Below, piece by piece: positions 1 to 12,645 of a stretch of 64,000 nt of DNA; positions within the stretch are counted from its first letter, which is position 1, and each line of letters begins with the position of its first letter. Below the pieces are notes generated by a model, which was not told where the DNA came from, searched no databases, and was given only the letters and a program-made list of their open reading frames with translations. The position numbers and the translations under genes were made by a program. The DNA comes from Schizosaccharomyces osmophilus (Eukaryota), in contig NC_079240.1 of NCBI RefSeq assembly GCF_027921745.1, forward strand, positions 744,001-808,000, read 5' to 3'.

Positions 1-696
1 CAGTGGTGACAATTTCCAAGAAACACATGGCTGATCACTTTTTGGTGAATCTGGCATAATTATTATATAAATGAATGACTCTTCTATAGTAGCAAGTCAA
101 AATTCGAAAAACAAGCACCGAACGCCTTTAAACAACGGCTGACAGAAGAACCTCTAAATATACAAAATTCAAGTTAGAATGTTCGAATCCTCTATCTTTG
201 TATTTGTTTTTAGAACCCGTTTTGGATCAATCAGGGAAGTAACTTTATAACTCAAAGAGTCATATGTAAATTGTTCGTCCGTTAATTTGGGAATTTTTAG
301 TCCTGCTTAGTTACCGAAGCGCTTTTGATAATTTACAAAAATAAATATGAAGTAAATATATGGTATTGAGCGAATTCAACCCAACAAGTATACGCTTGAA
401 TTATACCGTTACTGCAATCAAGCCAGTAGGTAACGTGAATCAGACCGAAAAATCAAAACACCCCAAGGACTTTAAAATGCACAGTACATAATAGTTATAG
501 TGCTTTATACATAACCACCGCCTGTATAAATCTGTTCAACGTTCTATCTATGTTGGATGAAGTGCTTTACTAATTATATATACATTGTATTTGATACGCC
601 TCGAAAACTAAAATCATCATACAACTGACAAATGAAGACAACAGCTCATTCTTCCATTATATTACTTAAAATACAAAAAGTAAAATCTTATTTTCT

Positions 697-2409
697 TTAA
701 CAAAAGAATATGAAAGCCAAAGTGGTAAAGACAAAAGCGAAAAATAATGTCTCAAATGAGGGAATAGCCCGATGAGAAGAGGACATTGTAATGAGACTAT
801 GAGAACCAGCAAAAGAGCGAGTAGAATAAGTAGGAGAATAAAATGAAGTGTAGACGGTAGTAGTTTTTTCACGAGCAGTACTGGGCATGACAGTTTGATT
901 AATTGTAGGCATTGTAAAGTCAGACAATTTTGTATGAGGGTACAAAACCATTGGATATCCATGAGTTAGTGTAGCGGTAATATTACCTCCATGTCCAACA
1001 GTTAAAGTTCGATGTCCAAATACATCGGAAACAACCTCATTTTCGTTGTACTGAGTAGGAACTTTGTAAACAGTTCCATTATCTTTGATGCCAAGGTTGT
1101 TATATAGAAGGAAAACATCGCGCTTTTTAGCTGCCACATGATTCACATCAACGTCCACAATGTCATAAGTATCATGAGTAAATTTGGTATCTTGTTCCAT
1201 AACGTGTTTTCGGAAATTGACTATAGTTTTAATCATAGTATAGTAAGGATTAGTTTGATCATAACCAGAAGACCAAAGAGCTTCACGATTGGCAGGATCT
1301 GTTCCACCATAAAAACCTTGTTCTTGCCCATAATAAACAGAAGGAATACCGTCCCACAGAAGAGCAAAACTGTACGCGGACAAGATAATTGCTTGATCAT
1401 CAGTATAAGAAGCATAACGGGGCAAATCGTGGTTATCCAAAAAAATAAGCATACCCCCAAGATCAGCCTTTGAGCAATTACCAGTGGTAACCAATTTCAT
1501 TTGATCTTGAAGTGTTTTGAAACCCGCTGTCGGGGCAAATTGGTCATGAGCCATAAAACTAAAGTTAAAACCCAAACGAACAACATAGTTGGTTACACCC
1601 AAATGGTAATTCATGTAATCACACATGACATTTGGATCGTAATCGAAAACCTCACCGATAGCGAATACACCGGCAGAATCGACAAACTCTGGAAAAAATG
1701 TTTCGTTCATCATCTTCACAGCATCTATACGAAGACCGTCATATCCCAAATGATTCACGGCTTGTTTAATATGTTTATTGAGGTAAGATTTAACAGAGGA
1801 GCTTTCCACATTCAAGTCAGCAAGAAGTACACCAGAATTTTGCCAGCAGTCTTGAATATTTGTCCTATTGTTTTTGTTCCAGTCAATGATACAATAAGGA
1901 TGAAAATATTGTGGGCCGTTAAAAGGAGAGACTTTGGAATAATCAATTTGGTCGTAAGGACCAACCAATGCCATAGAGTTAACAACGGTATCAAGCATAA
2001 CCCATATGCCAGCCTTATGAGCAGCGTTAATTAAGTTGACGAGATCATCTTCGGTACCGAAATGCTTATTGAGTTTTTCGTAATTCGTGTTCCAATAACC
2101 GTGGTAGGCCTCACCAGCGTTATCGGGATCACCCTCAATATTCTCATCAACAGGTGAAATCCAAATGGCTGTAAAACCAAGATCTTCGATATAGTTTAAT
2201 TTTTTTTCAATACCTTTCCATGTACCACCACAGTAGCTGTTAGAAGCTGGATTGCAAGGCTGATCGGTGCTTCCATCGTCTTTAGCAAAACGATCCGTTA
2301 CAATTTGATAGATAATTCGGGTTCGCCATTCATCAGCACTATGCGCCGAGGTATATCCAAAGAGTGTAACAAGAAAGAAGGAAATCAAAAGGGATGATAG
2401 ATTGAACAT
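697..2409 (-). CDS. aah3: GPI-anchored cell-surface alpha-amylase homolog (GH13), 570 aa, single exon
   Basis: Signal peptide; IYQIVTDRFA, YCGGTWKGI and AYHGYW motifs; catalytic regions GLRIDAVK, GEVFD and DNHD; Ser/Thr-rich stalk and hydrophobic C-terminal GPI signal. Symbol from recalled synteny with SPCC63.02c. Confidence 0.9.
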   Translation of the reverse strand: MFNLSSLLISFFLVTLFGYTSAHSADEWRTRIIYQIVTDRFAKDDGSTDQPCNPASNSYCGGTWKGIEKKLNYIEDLGFTAIWISPVDENIEGDPDNAGEAYHGYWNTNYEKLNKHFGTEDDLVNLINAAHKAGIWVMLDTVVNSMALVGPYDQIDYSKVSPFNGPQYFHPYCIIDWNKNNRTNIQDCWQNSGVLLADLNVESSSVKSYLNKHIKQAVNHLGYDGLRIDAVKMMNETFFPEFVDSAGVFAIGEVFDYDPNVMCDYMNYHLGVTNYVVRLGFNFSFMAHDQFAPTAGFKTLQDQMKLVTTGNCSKADLGGMLIFLDNHDLPRYASYTDDQAIILSAYSFALLWDGIPSVYYGQEQGFYGGTDPANREALWSSGYDQTNPYYTMIKTIVNFRKHVMEQDTKFTHDTYDIVDVDVNHVAAKKRDVFLLYNNLGIKDNGTVYKVPTQYNENEVVSDVFGHRTLTVGHGGNITATLTHGYPMVLYPHTKLSDFTMPTINQTVMPSTAREKTTTVYTSFYSPTYSTRSFAGSHSLITMSSSHRAIPSFETLFFAFVFTTLAFIFFC

Positions 2410-4370
2410 GAAAAATCGTATAAGTCCTGAATTGTAAGGGTATAAATAGAAAAAATGCTCCAGAAAATGAGAGGTATATAATGAAAAAACGTAGATTTAC
2501 AAATTAAGTAATGAGAGAGAGATGAGAAAAAAAGAAAGCAATTAATGAAATAGAAAAGAAAGTAACAATGAATACAAAATGCAAATCACAATGCAAAAAA
2601 GAGGGATAAAAAGGGAATCAGATAATTTTTCAACACCAAACAGACCTTCTTTCAAAAACGTACTTTTCTATAAGCCAAGCCTCCGAAAAAAAAAGATGCG
2701 AATAGCTGAAAAGGGAATTATGTTAAAGGTATTTAACAATATATTCCTGTTTTATCAAACTCATATATCTTCTTCGTAACAAATTTCTGAATTTTGCTCT
2801 ACTGAAGTAAAAATGAAAAGTGAAGTAGAAGGAGAGTTTATTCAGCCCTCCGCTTGAATATACGCAGCAGTCACCAGTGCTACCTTGGAGCCATTTCTGT
2901 ACCTTGAAAAGTCTCTTTATCGTAATTAACGAGTATTACCGTAGTAATCCCATCCTGTTGCTTGTCGGAATTTTGTCTTTTCGTATGAAATAGCTTTTTC
3001 TATGGTTCATTAAAAGGTAATCTTTGTTGTAAGGTCATTAGGAAGAATTGTATTTTATTTAATAGGTAATGGTAGCGTGTAAATTTTCATATTGCAAAAA
3101 ACCACTCGCGTTACAGAATATCACCGAACGTACTTTGTAGAATAGAGTAAATTAAAAATAAGGAGAGTTATGAGGTGTCGTTTGACGAACTTTGGAGCCA
3201 TCCTGACAGTAAATAATGGATCTTCAGGAGTTAGATTTGCTTGCAATCCCTTTTCCTATTGTAGTTTCAACGACGTCCTATGGAATGGATATAAACGAAA
3301 GCAACAATAAACAGTAGGTCCTCCTTTAAGGAAACTCAAGGTCTATCCATTCTATTGAATATGTAAGTTGTCGATTGTACTAAAGTAAATTGTTCCAGCG
3401 AGAATACATTAAGAATTGTTGTTGCCTTTCACTGTCCCTCTAGATCAGGTCTTTTAAGTGGTATTACGCAAAGTGTTTGTATAGGCCATAGAAACATACA
3501 ATGTAATGAAGTAGTAATTCCATTTGCTTATGTTTTGCATGTATTTATCAAATACTAAAAGGATGGGTTCCAAAAATCTTGTTGCCCGATCCCACTCATT
3601 GACGTATGGATGCATTCCCTACTCTTTTCATTTCATAATTTGGAGTATCGTCACGGGACTCGCAATTGAAAGGATTTATAAACTTGATTGAGGATTCGCT
3701 GTACTGCTTAATTCGATAGATCATTGTAAGCCAAATTGTTACACCTTTCGACTATGTACATGTCATATATTATATGAGTGTACACGATAGTGTTGAACTG
3801 AGCGTATCCCTCAGATTCATTTTGACCAACTCTCGCATCCAACTTTTCTAACCCAGGATGATTTTAATACAGTTTCGTTCATGATTTTCCTCGTATGTCT
3901 AGGAATGCAATAAAACGTTTAGAGCTTAACGATTAATTTCTACGTTTTTATGGTTCTTTTCATTTTGGACTTTGCGGTTGCTTTTTCTTTATTCAGGTAA
4001 CAATGTAATACGAATATACTCTTTTCTATAAGTATGTACAGTCGAGTTTCGTGACCTTTAGGGAACGCGTTCCCGGTTTTGGTACTCGAGCTTACTGCCT
4101 TGAACTTTGGAAATCGACATCGAAGTAACAACATTAAGGTGACACTACGATTAAGAGTATTCTGTGAATCGGTAGTACATGGAACCTGCAAGTATTTACG
4201 ACGCAGAAGCCTTTTTGTCTCTTTTTCCCTAATATTACTGAACGCTAAAGAAAAAGAAAAAAGAAGAAAAGGCGCTCTATTAGTGGTTCGTAAAAACCAT
4301 TGACAACTTATCCGATTTTAGAAAAATCATCAAGTATTGCTTTTGACTTCATGCTATTTTAATGAAATTT

Positions 4371-6423
4371 ATGATGGAAGAAACAAAAGAATTGTACGAA
4401 GTCCTTGGACTTCCTGTCGATGTATGTAGAAACAATAATTGCCTTATATGGCACTGGGTAACTTTTCTTTTACTAATTGCTTTATGAATGGCAGGCTACT
4501 TCTGCACAAATTAAAGATGCATATTACAGACTCTCAAAGCTCTTTCACCCGGATAGACACAATGTTGAACAAAAAACAATTGCAGAACAAAAGTTCCAGC
4601 GCGTACAGACCGCTTATGAAGTTCTTTCAGACCCGATAAAGCGCCAGATTTATGATAAATACGGCATGAAAGGACTAAAGGTTGACTGGGATATTGGTCC
4701 TCTTGGACAGTCAGCTGAAGAACTGCAGCAAGCTATCCGTGAACAACTTCAAGCTAAAGAGTCTCAGAGCTTGGACTCCTTAATTCAAAATAGAACTGAG
4801 ACAAATGTTATGATTAACGCTACCCCTTTATTCGCAAAAAATTTGCGTGTCCGTAATCCATTGGCATTAGGCATGGCTTCGACCAGAGAACTGACATTAC
4901 TCGAACGTTTCTCTTTGGTGCAATGGATATCATATCATTTAAAGAGTTCATTTAGTATTCCCTTGAACACTTCCAAAAATTTAAAAATTCCTATTCCGAA
5001 ATTTTTTCAAGGCTCTTCTGAAGATGATGAATTTTCCGATCATCTAGATGAAAGTGAGGCTGTAAATGGCTCAACGCGTCTTATTTTTATTTCCGAAGCA
5101 TCCGCAAAAATAGGAGCTAGGGCCCAGCCTTCTCTTTCCGCCGTTCTCCGACATCAACTGTCTCCTAGCCTAAGCACGGAAACAGGATTATCCCTTTTAC
5201 GCCCAGGAATTGCTACTCTCAAAGCTGTATATGCTCTGAACAATGAAACGTTTATTATTCCTATGGTTCGCATGGCTTCCTACAAGCGTCCACCCCAGGC
5301 TACCATCGTGATTGGCCGTCAAATCTCTCGATACGGCACGCTTTCTATACGCTGGAAAACCGGTAGTTGGTCTCTAGGTAATTGGGGAGCTGCGTATCCT
5401 TCAAACAACGCATCTTCTTTTTCCATAATCTGGCAACAACTCAAGCCTTCACCAGATGATCCTTTCCCACTTTTGAAATGGAACGCTGAACTGACAGCTG
5501 GACTAATGTATAGCGGGATTGCTTGCAATTACAATCTCAAAACCGTAGGTCCATATCAAATGCAATGTGGTACATCCCTCAGTACTGTGGGAGGTTTACA
5601 AGTTACTGCAGACGCGAATCGAAAAGTTTTCCGTCATAGCGCCATGGGTATGACTATGGCTGTTGCTGTTCCGTCTGGTGCCATCACTTTGAACATTAGG
5701 TATGTGTTTTCTTTTATGTTTAAATGTTTCATAGCATACTAACAAAACATTAGTTGGTCTAGATTGGGCCAAAAGTTTTCTTTCCCTATTATGTGGAGCG
5801 GCGCGTTTGACAGATCGTCGATATTTTGGGGATTGGTTTTACCAATTGGCACAGTTTTAGGCATTGATAATCTTTTCCTACGCCCCAGACGTATATCTGA
5901 GGCTAAGCGCAAGAGAGCTCGTCGTCTGCAACAACATAAAAAAATACATGACACAAAGAAAGAAGAGGCCGAGCAAACAGTTACGTTAATGAGAGAACTT
6001 GTGCAGAAAAAGCAAAAAGTGGAAACCGAAAAAGGCGGTCTCATTATCGAATTTGCAGAATACAGAACTATTCCCAAAAATTCAGTCTTGACTAGACGAA
6101 AAGAGCAGGTCATAAGACAAGATGTTACCATACCAATTGCTTCTCTGGTCGACGATTCTCGTTTAGTTATCCCTTCCAGTGTTTCCAAAGTAAGTAAGAA
6201 AGAAACAAGCTCAATCTAACAACATAGTCTTCAATTATTGGAATTTACCCTCTATTTTCCGATGCTGATAAAGAATTGCTGATTATTTATAAATTTCATC
6301 AGCAGTCTCATCATGTTTTGTTACGAGAAAAACAAGGGGTTCTTTTGCCTAATCGAGGTATGGTTATATTTAATGGAAGGGTTTTGCTAATTTAAACTTA
6401 TAGAACACAAGTTGTTACAATAA
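4371..6423 (+). CDS. DnaJ-domain protein, DNAJC11 family; exons 4371-4421, 4495-5699, 5754-6189, 6228-6357, 6404-6423
   Basis: J-domain (LYEVLGL..ATSAQIKDAYYRLSKLFHPD..AYEVLSD) restored by splicing GTATGT..TACTAAT..CAG. All four introns keep frame; stop TAA at 6421-6423. An in-frame ATG also exists at 4362. Confidence 0.88.
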
Positions 6424-6429
6424 AGCGAC

Positions 6430-6439
6430 TTCTTTGTTT
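6430..6439 (+). promoter_or_regulatory. TR-box (Ste11 site) consensus TTCTTTGTTY upstream of mok14
   Basis: Exact TTCTTTGTTT about 235 bp upstream of the mok14 ATG. Function is inferred from the motif only. Confidence 0.4.
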
Positions 6440-6465
6440 ATGTTTATATTGGGTTCCCACCGGGG

Positions 6466-6479
6466 GTTTGTTTGTTTAC
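6466..6479 (-). promoter_or_regulatory. FLEX element (Mei4/forkhead site) upstream of mok14
   Basis: GTAAACAAACAAAC on the minus strand about 195 bp upstream of a spore-wall glucan synthase gene. Confidence 0.7.
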
Positions 6480-6672
6480 ATATAAGCAAGTACATATAAA
6501 CGCTGTTAACGCTCATCATATTTTAACCAGAACAATCACTCAAAAGGTAGGTCAAACTAAAGTCTTTTTCAAGGCTAAGTGAGGACGGGTTTTTCGTTAA
6601 CTCCTAACTGTATCTTGCTGCTTCCTAGTAAAATACGGTGCTTTAGAAAAAAACGATACTCTTGTAAAAGTT

Positions 6673-9600
6673 ATGTTGATTTCTAAATGTGCCTATGTTC
6701 TGCAAAGCCTTTTCTTTTTTATAGGGTTATCCCTAGCAGAACGAAGAACGGCTAGTCAGCATGGCTTTGACGAAATTACTTTATCCGCTAAAGCAGTTGA
6801 GCCCCTTCCTGAATTTAATAATTCTCTGATAGACTTTAGTAGTACCATCTTAGAGACTGGTTCTTCGGATTACTCGACGAATCTTACCACCGATAATTTA
6901 TGGTCTTCTGAATCTTCAACACCTTTAATTGAGATTTCTAAAGTTGAATATCCCGAATTAAATAGTTCGGTAGTCGGGGAAAAAGTTGCTGACTACTTCA
7001 ACTCCCTAAATTTTGAAGGAAAGGCGGCATTAGCTGCTTTAAATGCCTTAAAGCATTCTTACGGCTCTTCGCATGTTCGAAGGTTTACCCCGTATGAGCT
7101 TTTTGGACAATCACAATGGGTTGAGGAAGCCACCGAAATCACTCATGCCGGTTGGTCGATTATGTTTGACAACTTTGGCCGCTACTTCACACTGGAATTA
7201 AGAGGACTTCGTGAAATTACTTTTGCCTTCTTCATCCTTTTTTCTCTGCTTCCTATTGCTACTGGTGCCATGACAGTTTATATCTTTAAAAGGAGATATT
7301 ACGCGGTAACTTTCAATAAACAGGGTCGGTCGAAAAAATCCGTTAGACAACTTCAAGAGAATTTTGTTACTGATTTCGATGACACCTCGAATTTATCAGC
7401 AACTCTCGCCCTACCAGACAACGATGAACCATTAGTGGTGAGGGAACCTCCCCAAGAGCGTTTAAGTATCTTATTTGCTACTCTTGAATACAATATCCCA
7501 GACTGGAATATCAAAATCAAAATAGGTGGTTTAGGAGTTATGGCTCAGCTTATGAGCAATAATCTTCAACGTTATGATTTAATCTGGGTAGTACCGTGCG
7601 TTGGTGATATCGTTTATCCAGTTGCTGAAACCGCGCCTTCCATCATTGTTAAAATCGTCAACCAAGAGTATGAGGTAAAAGTTTACTATCACTACCTCGA
7701 AAATATAAAGTATGTTATTCTTGATTGCCCTATTTTAAGGAAGCAAACGTCCCGCAATCCTTATCCACTACGTATGGACGATTTTTCCTCTGCTATATTC
7801 TATAGTATATGGAATCAATCGATTGCAGCTGTAATGATGCGTGAAAATCCTGACATTTATCATATAAATGATTATCATTGCGCTCTAGCCCCTTTATATA
7901 ACCTTCCTAGAACTGTGCCTTGTGCTGTCTCATTACATAATGCAGAATTCCAGGGTCTTTGGCCTCTTCAATCCGCAAATGATTTAAGAGATGTTTGTGG
8001 ACTTTTTAATATTCCTAAGTCGGTTTGTAAAGGCTACGTTCAGTTCGGTAACGCTTTCAATTTAATGCATGCGGCTGCCTCGTACGTTCGCAAGCATCAA
8101 TCTGGTTTTGGTGTAGTAGGTGTTTCCGATAAATATGGTCACCGATCTTGGGTCCGCTATCCCGTTTTTTGGAGTTTAAAAAAAGTTGGGCATTTACCTA
8201 ATCCCGATCCAACTGATGTCGATCGTGCTACAACTTTTGAACCCAAACAATTACCTGACCTTGCCGAATATAATGAAAAGCGAAAGGTTGAAAAGCGAAA
8301 GACTCAAGAATGGGCTGGATTAACTGTTGACGACACAGCCGACCTTTTGGTGTTTGTTGGACGTTGGTCTGTGCAAAAGGGTATCGATCTCATTGCCGAC
8401 CTTGCTCCTACGCTGCTAGACAAGTACAACACCCAGATTATCGTCGTTGGTCCAGTAATTGATTTACACGGAAAATTTGCTGCTGAAAAGTTCGCGTACA
8501 TTATGGAGCGGTATCCCGGGCGCGTTTTTTCTCGTCCCGAGTTTGTTCACTTACCTTCATTCATATTTGATGGCGCTGATTTTGCGTTAATACCTTCTCG
8601 TGATGAACCGTTTGGTTTGGTAGCAGTTGAATTTGGTAGAAGGGGAGCTATCTGTATTGGTGCTCGTGTTGGTGGTTTGGGAGAAATGCCTGGATGGTGG
8701 TACGTCGTTGAATCTTCAACTACTCCTCATCTCTTGAAGCAATTTGAAACGGCTTGCTCGAGAGCTCTGAACTCCTCGTCCGAACTGCGTCATAATCTTC
8801 GCATGGCAGCTATTCAGCAACGCTTTCCCGTCACTGAGTGGATGGCCTTATACGATAAGCTAATAAAGAAGTGCATCAAGACCCACAAGAAAGTTGTTAA
8901 AGCAAGCGCTGTCGACGAGCAGTCCGCTTACGTTTCTACTACTCTACCAGGTATTAAAGTTTATGATACGGACGGAGCTGTCGTGGCAAACAAACCTAAC
9001 GATAAAGTTCAAGAAGCACCTGATACTTCAGAATTGTCTAACTCGACAGCTGAAAAGAACAATATAGTTCCAGGGCAACTTAGCCCAGAGAAACTTGACG
9101 AAATTATGGAAGCCGACAATGATTCAGTTGCGTCCTCAGTAGGCAGCCGGCCTTTGTCGGAATTAACTTACGTCTCTCAAAGTTCAATGAATTTTGGATC
9201 TAAGCTCGGCGTAAGGTTTATTGATACAAATGGCGTGGCAATCTCGGAGTTTTCGGCAGCTTTAATTAGTTTAACCCCAGAAAATTCCAAAACAAAGTTG
9301 TGCATTGATAATTTCTTGGTGAAAATACTACAAAAATGGTATAATGAAGAGCATCACTATTATAGAACCGGCTTTCGTCCCCGTTTTTACAAGTACTTGA
9401 AAACACGAGGCAAGAAACCCCGAGAACTTGATGACGGTTCTAGTGTCCTTTCCGAAAGCTCGTTTCGGGAAGACTTTGGCCCTGTCAGAGGTGTTGCTGG
9501 CCACCAGCTATCTACATGTCAAAGAGTGATGTATGTGAAGGTGTTAGGCTGGCCGCTGTATGCTATTTTTCTTGCTCTGGGACAAATCCTATCAATTTCT

Positions 9601-10836
9601 TCGTTTCATTTATCCCTTTTATCTGGATTTGAAAGGAATCATATGACCTCTCTGTATGTAGTAAGCGGAGTATTTATAATCTCTACCTTTTTTTGGTGGG
9701 GTCTTTACAAAAATTTTGCAAGCATTCATTCTTTGTCGATTCCGTTTACTGTGTATGGTTTAGCATTCACCATGACCGGCATTTCATCTATGCCTTTTAT
9801 TCCATTTATGACGAGAGGGTGGTTGAGTTATGGAGCTACCTGGATTTATGCTATTGCAGCATCTAGTGGACCATTGTATTTTACATTGAATTTCGAAGAT
9901 GAGCATACTAAAGGCTTAGGCTCTTGGGTTACTCGAGCTTGTATTTTACATGGTCTTCAACAGTTGTGGACGGCTTTGCTTTGGCTTTGGGGAACACTAT
10001 CCAGTCGTTTAGATTGGAACTATTCCGTTTTAATCAGACCTATGAACAATATGCTTGTTGCAGCCGCTGTATGGCCGATTGCATTTGTGCTTATGCTAAT
10101 TACAGTTATGTTGTACAAAGGTCTACCTCCCTTTTATCGACAAACACCAGGTAGCGTACCCGCATTTTCCAAGGCTTTGTTCCATCGTCGAGTAGTTATA
10201 TGCTTCTTACTTATGGTTGCCAACCAAAACTTTTGGATGTCTTCCTTGATCAGTCATGGATGGAGATTCTTCTGGAATTCTGAACTCACAGTGCTTTGGA
10301 AAGTCATTCTTATGATGTTCAGTTTCCTTGTGTTTTTGTGGGTTGGTCTATTGACTTTATTGGGGAGGTTATCGAATACTCATACTTGGTTAATTCCGGT
10401 GTTGGGTTTAGGATTTGGAGGAATTAAATGGATTCATGTATTTTGGGGAACATCGAATATCGGATTCTTTTTGCCCTGGGCTGGAATTTCAGGAGCATAT
10501 ATAGGTCGAGCACTATGGCTTTGGCTAGGAGTCTTGGATTCTATCCAAGGAATTGGGTGTGGTCTAATTCTTCTTCAAACGCTTTCTCGAAGGCACGTGA
10601 CGAACACTTTGTTAACTGCTCAAGTAATTGGTGCTTCAGTTACACTGTTGGCGTCTGCAATATCACCTACCAAAACTGGACCGAGCAACGTGTTCCCCGA
10701 TTTAACTGGTTATACAACAGCTGATGGCTTAAAACCAATTGCTAATCTTGCTTTTTGGGTCTGTCTTTGCTTAAATGTTATTTTGTGTGGTGTCTATCTA
10801 AAATGCTTCCACAAAGAAAATATAAACAGGCCTTAG
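6673..10836 (+). CDS. mok14: Alpha-glucan synthase Mok14 (GT5 glycogen/starch-synthase-like domain plus C-terminal multi-TM domain), 1387 aa
   Basis: [36 protein letters not shown] and [10 protein letters not shown] motifs; multi-pass C-terminus; short N-terminus without the extracellular GH13 domain, as known for Mok14. Confidence 0.93.
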   Translation: MLISKCAYVLQSLFFFIGLSLAERRTASQHGFDEITLSAKAVEPLPEFNNSLIDFSSTILETGSSDYSTNLTTDNLWSSESSTPLIEISKVEYPELNSSVVGEKVADYFNSLNFEGKAALAALNALKHSYGSSHVRRFTPYELFGQSQWVEEATEITHAGWSIMFDNFGRYFTLELRGLREITFAFFILFSLLPIATGAMTVYIFKRRYYAVTFNKQGRSKKSVRQLQENFVTDFDDTSNLSATLALPDNDEPLVVREPPQERLSILFATLEYNIPDWNIKIKIGGLGVMAQLMSNNLQRYDLIWVVPCVGDIVYPVAETAPSIIVKIVNQEYEVKVYYHYLENIKYVILDCPILRKQTSRNPYPLRMDDFSSAIFYSIWNQSIAAVMMRENPDIYHINDYHCALAPLYNLPRTVPCAVSLHNAEFQGLWPLQSANDLRDVCGLFNIPKSVCKGYVQFGNAFNLMHAAASYVRKHQSGFGVVGVSDKYGHRSWVRYPVFWSLKKVGHLPNPDPTDVDRATTFEPKQLPDLAEYNEKRKVEKRKTQEWAGLTVDDTADLLVFVGRWSVQKGIDLIADLAPTLLDKYNTQIIVVGPVIDLHGKFAAEKFAYIMERYPGRVFSRPEFVHLPSFIFDGADFALIPSRDEPFGLVAVEFGRRGAICIGARVGGLGEMPGWWYVVESSTTPHLLKQFETACSRALNSSSELRHNLRMAAIQQRFPVTEWMALYDKLIKKCIKTHKKVVKASAVDEQSAYVSTTLPGIKVYDTDGAVVANKPNDKVQEAPDTSELSNSTAEKNNIVPGQLSPEKLDEIMEADNDSVASSVGSRPLSELTYVSQSSMNFGSKLGVRFIDTNGVAISEFSAALISLTPENSKTKLCIDNFLVKILQKWYNEEHHYYRTGFRPRFYKYLKTRGKKPRELDDGSSVLSESSFREDFGPVRGVAGHQLSTCQRVMYVKVLGWPLYAIFLALGQILSISSFHLSLLSGFERNHMTSLYVVSGVFIISTFFWWGLYKNFASIHSLSIPFTVYGLAFTMTGISSMPFIPFMTRGWLSYGATWIYAIAASSGPLYFTLNFEDEHTKGLGSWVTRACILHGLQQLWTALLWLWGTLSSRLDWNYSVLIRPMNNMLVAAAVWPIAFVLMLITVMLYKGLPPFYRQTPGSVPAFSKALFHRRVVICFLLMVANQNFWMSSLISHGWRFFWNSELTVLWKVILMMFSFLVFLWVGLLTLLGRLSNTHTWLIPVLGLGFGGIKWIHVFWGTSNIGFFLPWAGISGAYIGRALWLWLGVLDSIQGIGCGLILLQTLSRRHVTNTLLTAQVIGASVTLLASAISPTKTGPSNVFPDLTGYTTADGLKPIANLAFWVCLCLNVILCGVYLKCFHKENINRP

Positions 10837-11180
10837 TGAATTTCTTTTTCAAAGGTCTTTTTTTTCATAGTTTAATATGATATTTATAAGTTTTGTACAT
10901 TAGGAAATGATTTATAATGGTCTCGGTAGCTTTAGTGTAAATTCGCATGATCTCTCTTAATAGAAAGCCCATATCATAAAATAATTCATTCAATTTCACA
11001 GTGGTTTTCATACTTAAGTTTACTTTGGTAAACTGCCAGAGGAGAATTGCACTTTTCAATCGCTTCCTCCTATACGTCGGATAGTCCGCCAAATTTGTCT
11101 TAGATTTAAACGTCTCTCAAACATATCCATAAAAGACGTTGAATCAAATTTTCTACGAGAATTTACGAAAATATACAAAA

Positions 11181-12158
11181 ATGGATGCCAAATCTTTGAA
11201 AGATTTGTGGAATGAAACAAACCAGTTAAAAGAAACAAAAGGGATTTCTCAAGAAACAGTTCCGCAATTGGTAAAAGGATATGAATCCTGTCTTGGTTTG
11301 GTCCGTAGAGTGCGTCTATTCTCTATGAATGAAGATATTGACGAAGTGAAAACGAGTGAATTAAGGTATTTGCTATTGGATTTTGAACTCGCGAAGTGTA
11401 TGGAACAATGGATGCAGAATGACCGATTAAAAGTCATTGAATACTCAAAGAGTTGTTACGAGAATTTCCTTCGAATATGCGAAGGCTATGGGCTGAAGCC
11501 ATTACCAGTTTCTTCGTTTACAAAAGATACAAATACCAGAGCTATAAAAATAGCAAGGTACAAGCTACGAAAAGACATGGAAAAAGAGATGGATTCCATG
11601 ACCAAAGGAAAAATACAGGATGAAGAATTGGAGCGAAGATGGTGGATTAACAAAATACGAATGGCGTTAGAAGACACAGTTGACGATTTCGAGCATATTG
11701 AAATGGAGATTCAGATTTTAAGAAGTTCACGAATACAGTTACAAGGAAATGAAGAAGATGCGATAACCAAAGGCAAAGAAACGCTGAGAAAGGAAGAGCA
11801 AGGAAAGCAGGATCATAATACCTGGAAACTGGATTTGCTTAGTAAAGAAACCCTTCTGGATCCAAAAAATAGACCTATACAACCATTTACGATTGTTTCA
11901 GATAGAAATACAACATCGAAAAATGTCTTTGGACCTGGTTATAATTTGCCAACAATGAGTGTGGATGAGTATTTGGATGAGGAATACAAGCGCGGAAATA
12001 TCATAAGCCAAAAGGATAACCAGGATCAGGAAGGGTCTGCTGACGATGAAGAAGATGATGAAATAGCTGATGCCAAAACCATGAAAGCACGATACTGGGA
12101 TGAATATACAGAAGCCAATCCTCGGGGCAGTGGAAACACAATGGTTAACCGTGGATAA
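11181..12158 (+). CDS. tap42: TAP42/alpha4 family PP2A regulator
   Basis: LFSMNEDIDEVKTSELRYLL, VFGPGYNLPTMSVDEYL and KARYWDEYTEANPRGSGN motifs; first ATG at 11181. Confidence 0.9.
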   Translation: MDAKSLKDLWNETNQLKETKGISQETVPQLVKGYESCLGLVRRVRLFSMNEDIDEVKTSELRYLLLDFELAKCMEQWMQNDRLKVIEYSKSCYENFLRICEGYGLKPLPVSSFTKDTNTRAIKIARYKLRKDMEKEMDSMTKGKIQDEELERRWWINKIRMALEDTVDDFEHIEMEIQILRSSRIQLQGNEEDAITKGKETLRKEEQGKQDHNTWKLDLLSKETLLDPKNRPIQPFTIVSDRNTTSKNVFGPGYNLPTMSVDEYLDEEYKRGNIISQKDNQDQEGSADDEEDDEIADAKTMKARYWDEYTEANPRGSGNTMVNRG

Positions 12159-12645
12159 TACATTTTAAATAAATGTGTCTCAATTACAGGATCAACCTAT
12201 ATAGTCACATCCAAAAGAACAAATGATCTTGAGCAAACCACGTTATGAAGCGGTTTAATTCTATGTTAAATATTGTTTTTATTGTTTTAATTAAACTCAA
12301 ACTCAAATTTGATTTTTTTTTTTTAATTCGCAAGCGAATACCATCGGTGATAATGTTCGATTGCCCAAAAGCTATAGAATAATAGTAGAAATAGAAAATT
12401 ATCAATTTTTTAAAAACGAAATTGCCATATGATTTGATGCTTTCAATTTTACCCATTCTCTCTCTTGGAGCAAATATAAGTCAAACCACTCCCAGACGGC
12501 GTGGTTATATGCAACTGTTGAGACATTAGTATATTTTTTGGTTCAGTACAAAATAACCTTTATTATAAAACCAGAAGAAAGTGTTTTTGTTCTAACTTCT
12601 ATTCAATCGTTCTTTTCGCCGTTTTAGAAGTACTCACTAAAAACG

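Noticed and set aside
181..190. GTTCGAATCC, resembling a tRNA T-loop/B-box
   Set aside because: No T-stem pairing, A-box or acceptor stem nearby; not a tRNA gene.
1138..2034. Antisense ORFs (111 and 177 aa) inside aah3, and similar short antisense or alternate-frame ORFs across the ORF track
   Set aside because: They are shadows of real CDSs, often with non-ATG starts and no recognisable motifs.
2410..4370. About 2-kb divergent intergenic region with short ORFs and a CRE-like TGACGTA at about 3600
   Set aside because: No coding signature, LTR termini or RNA-gene motif is visible, and a single short motif is expected by chance.
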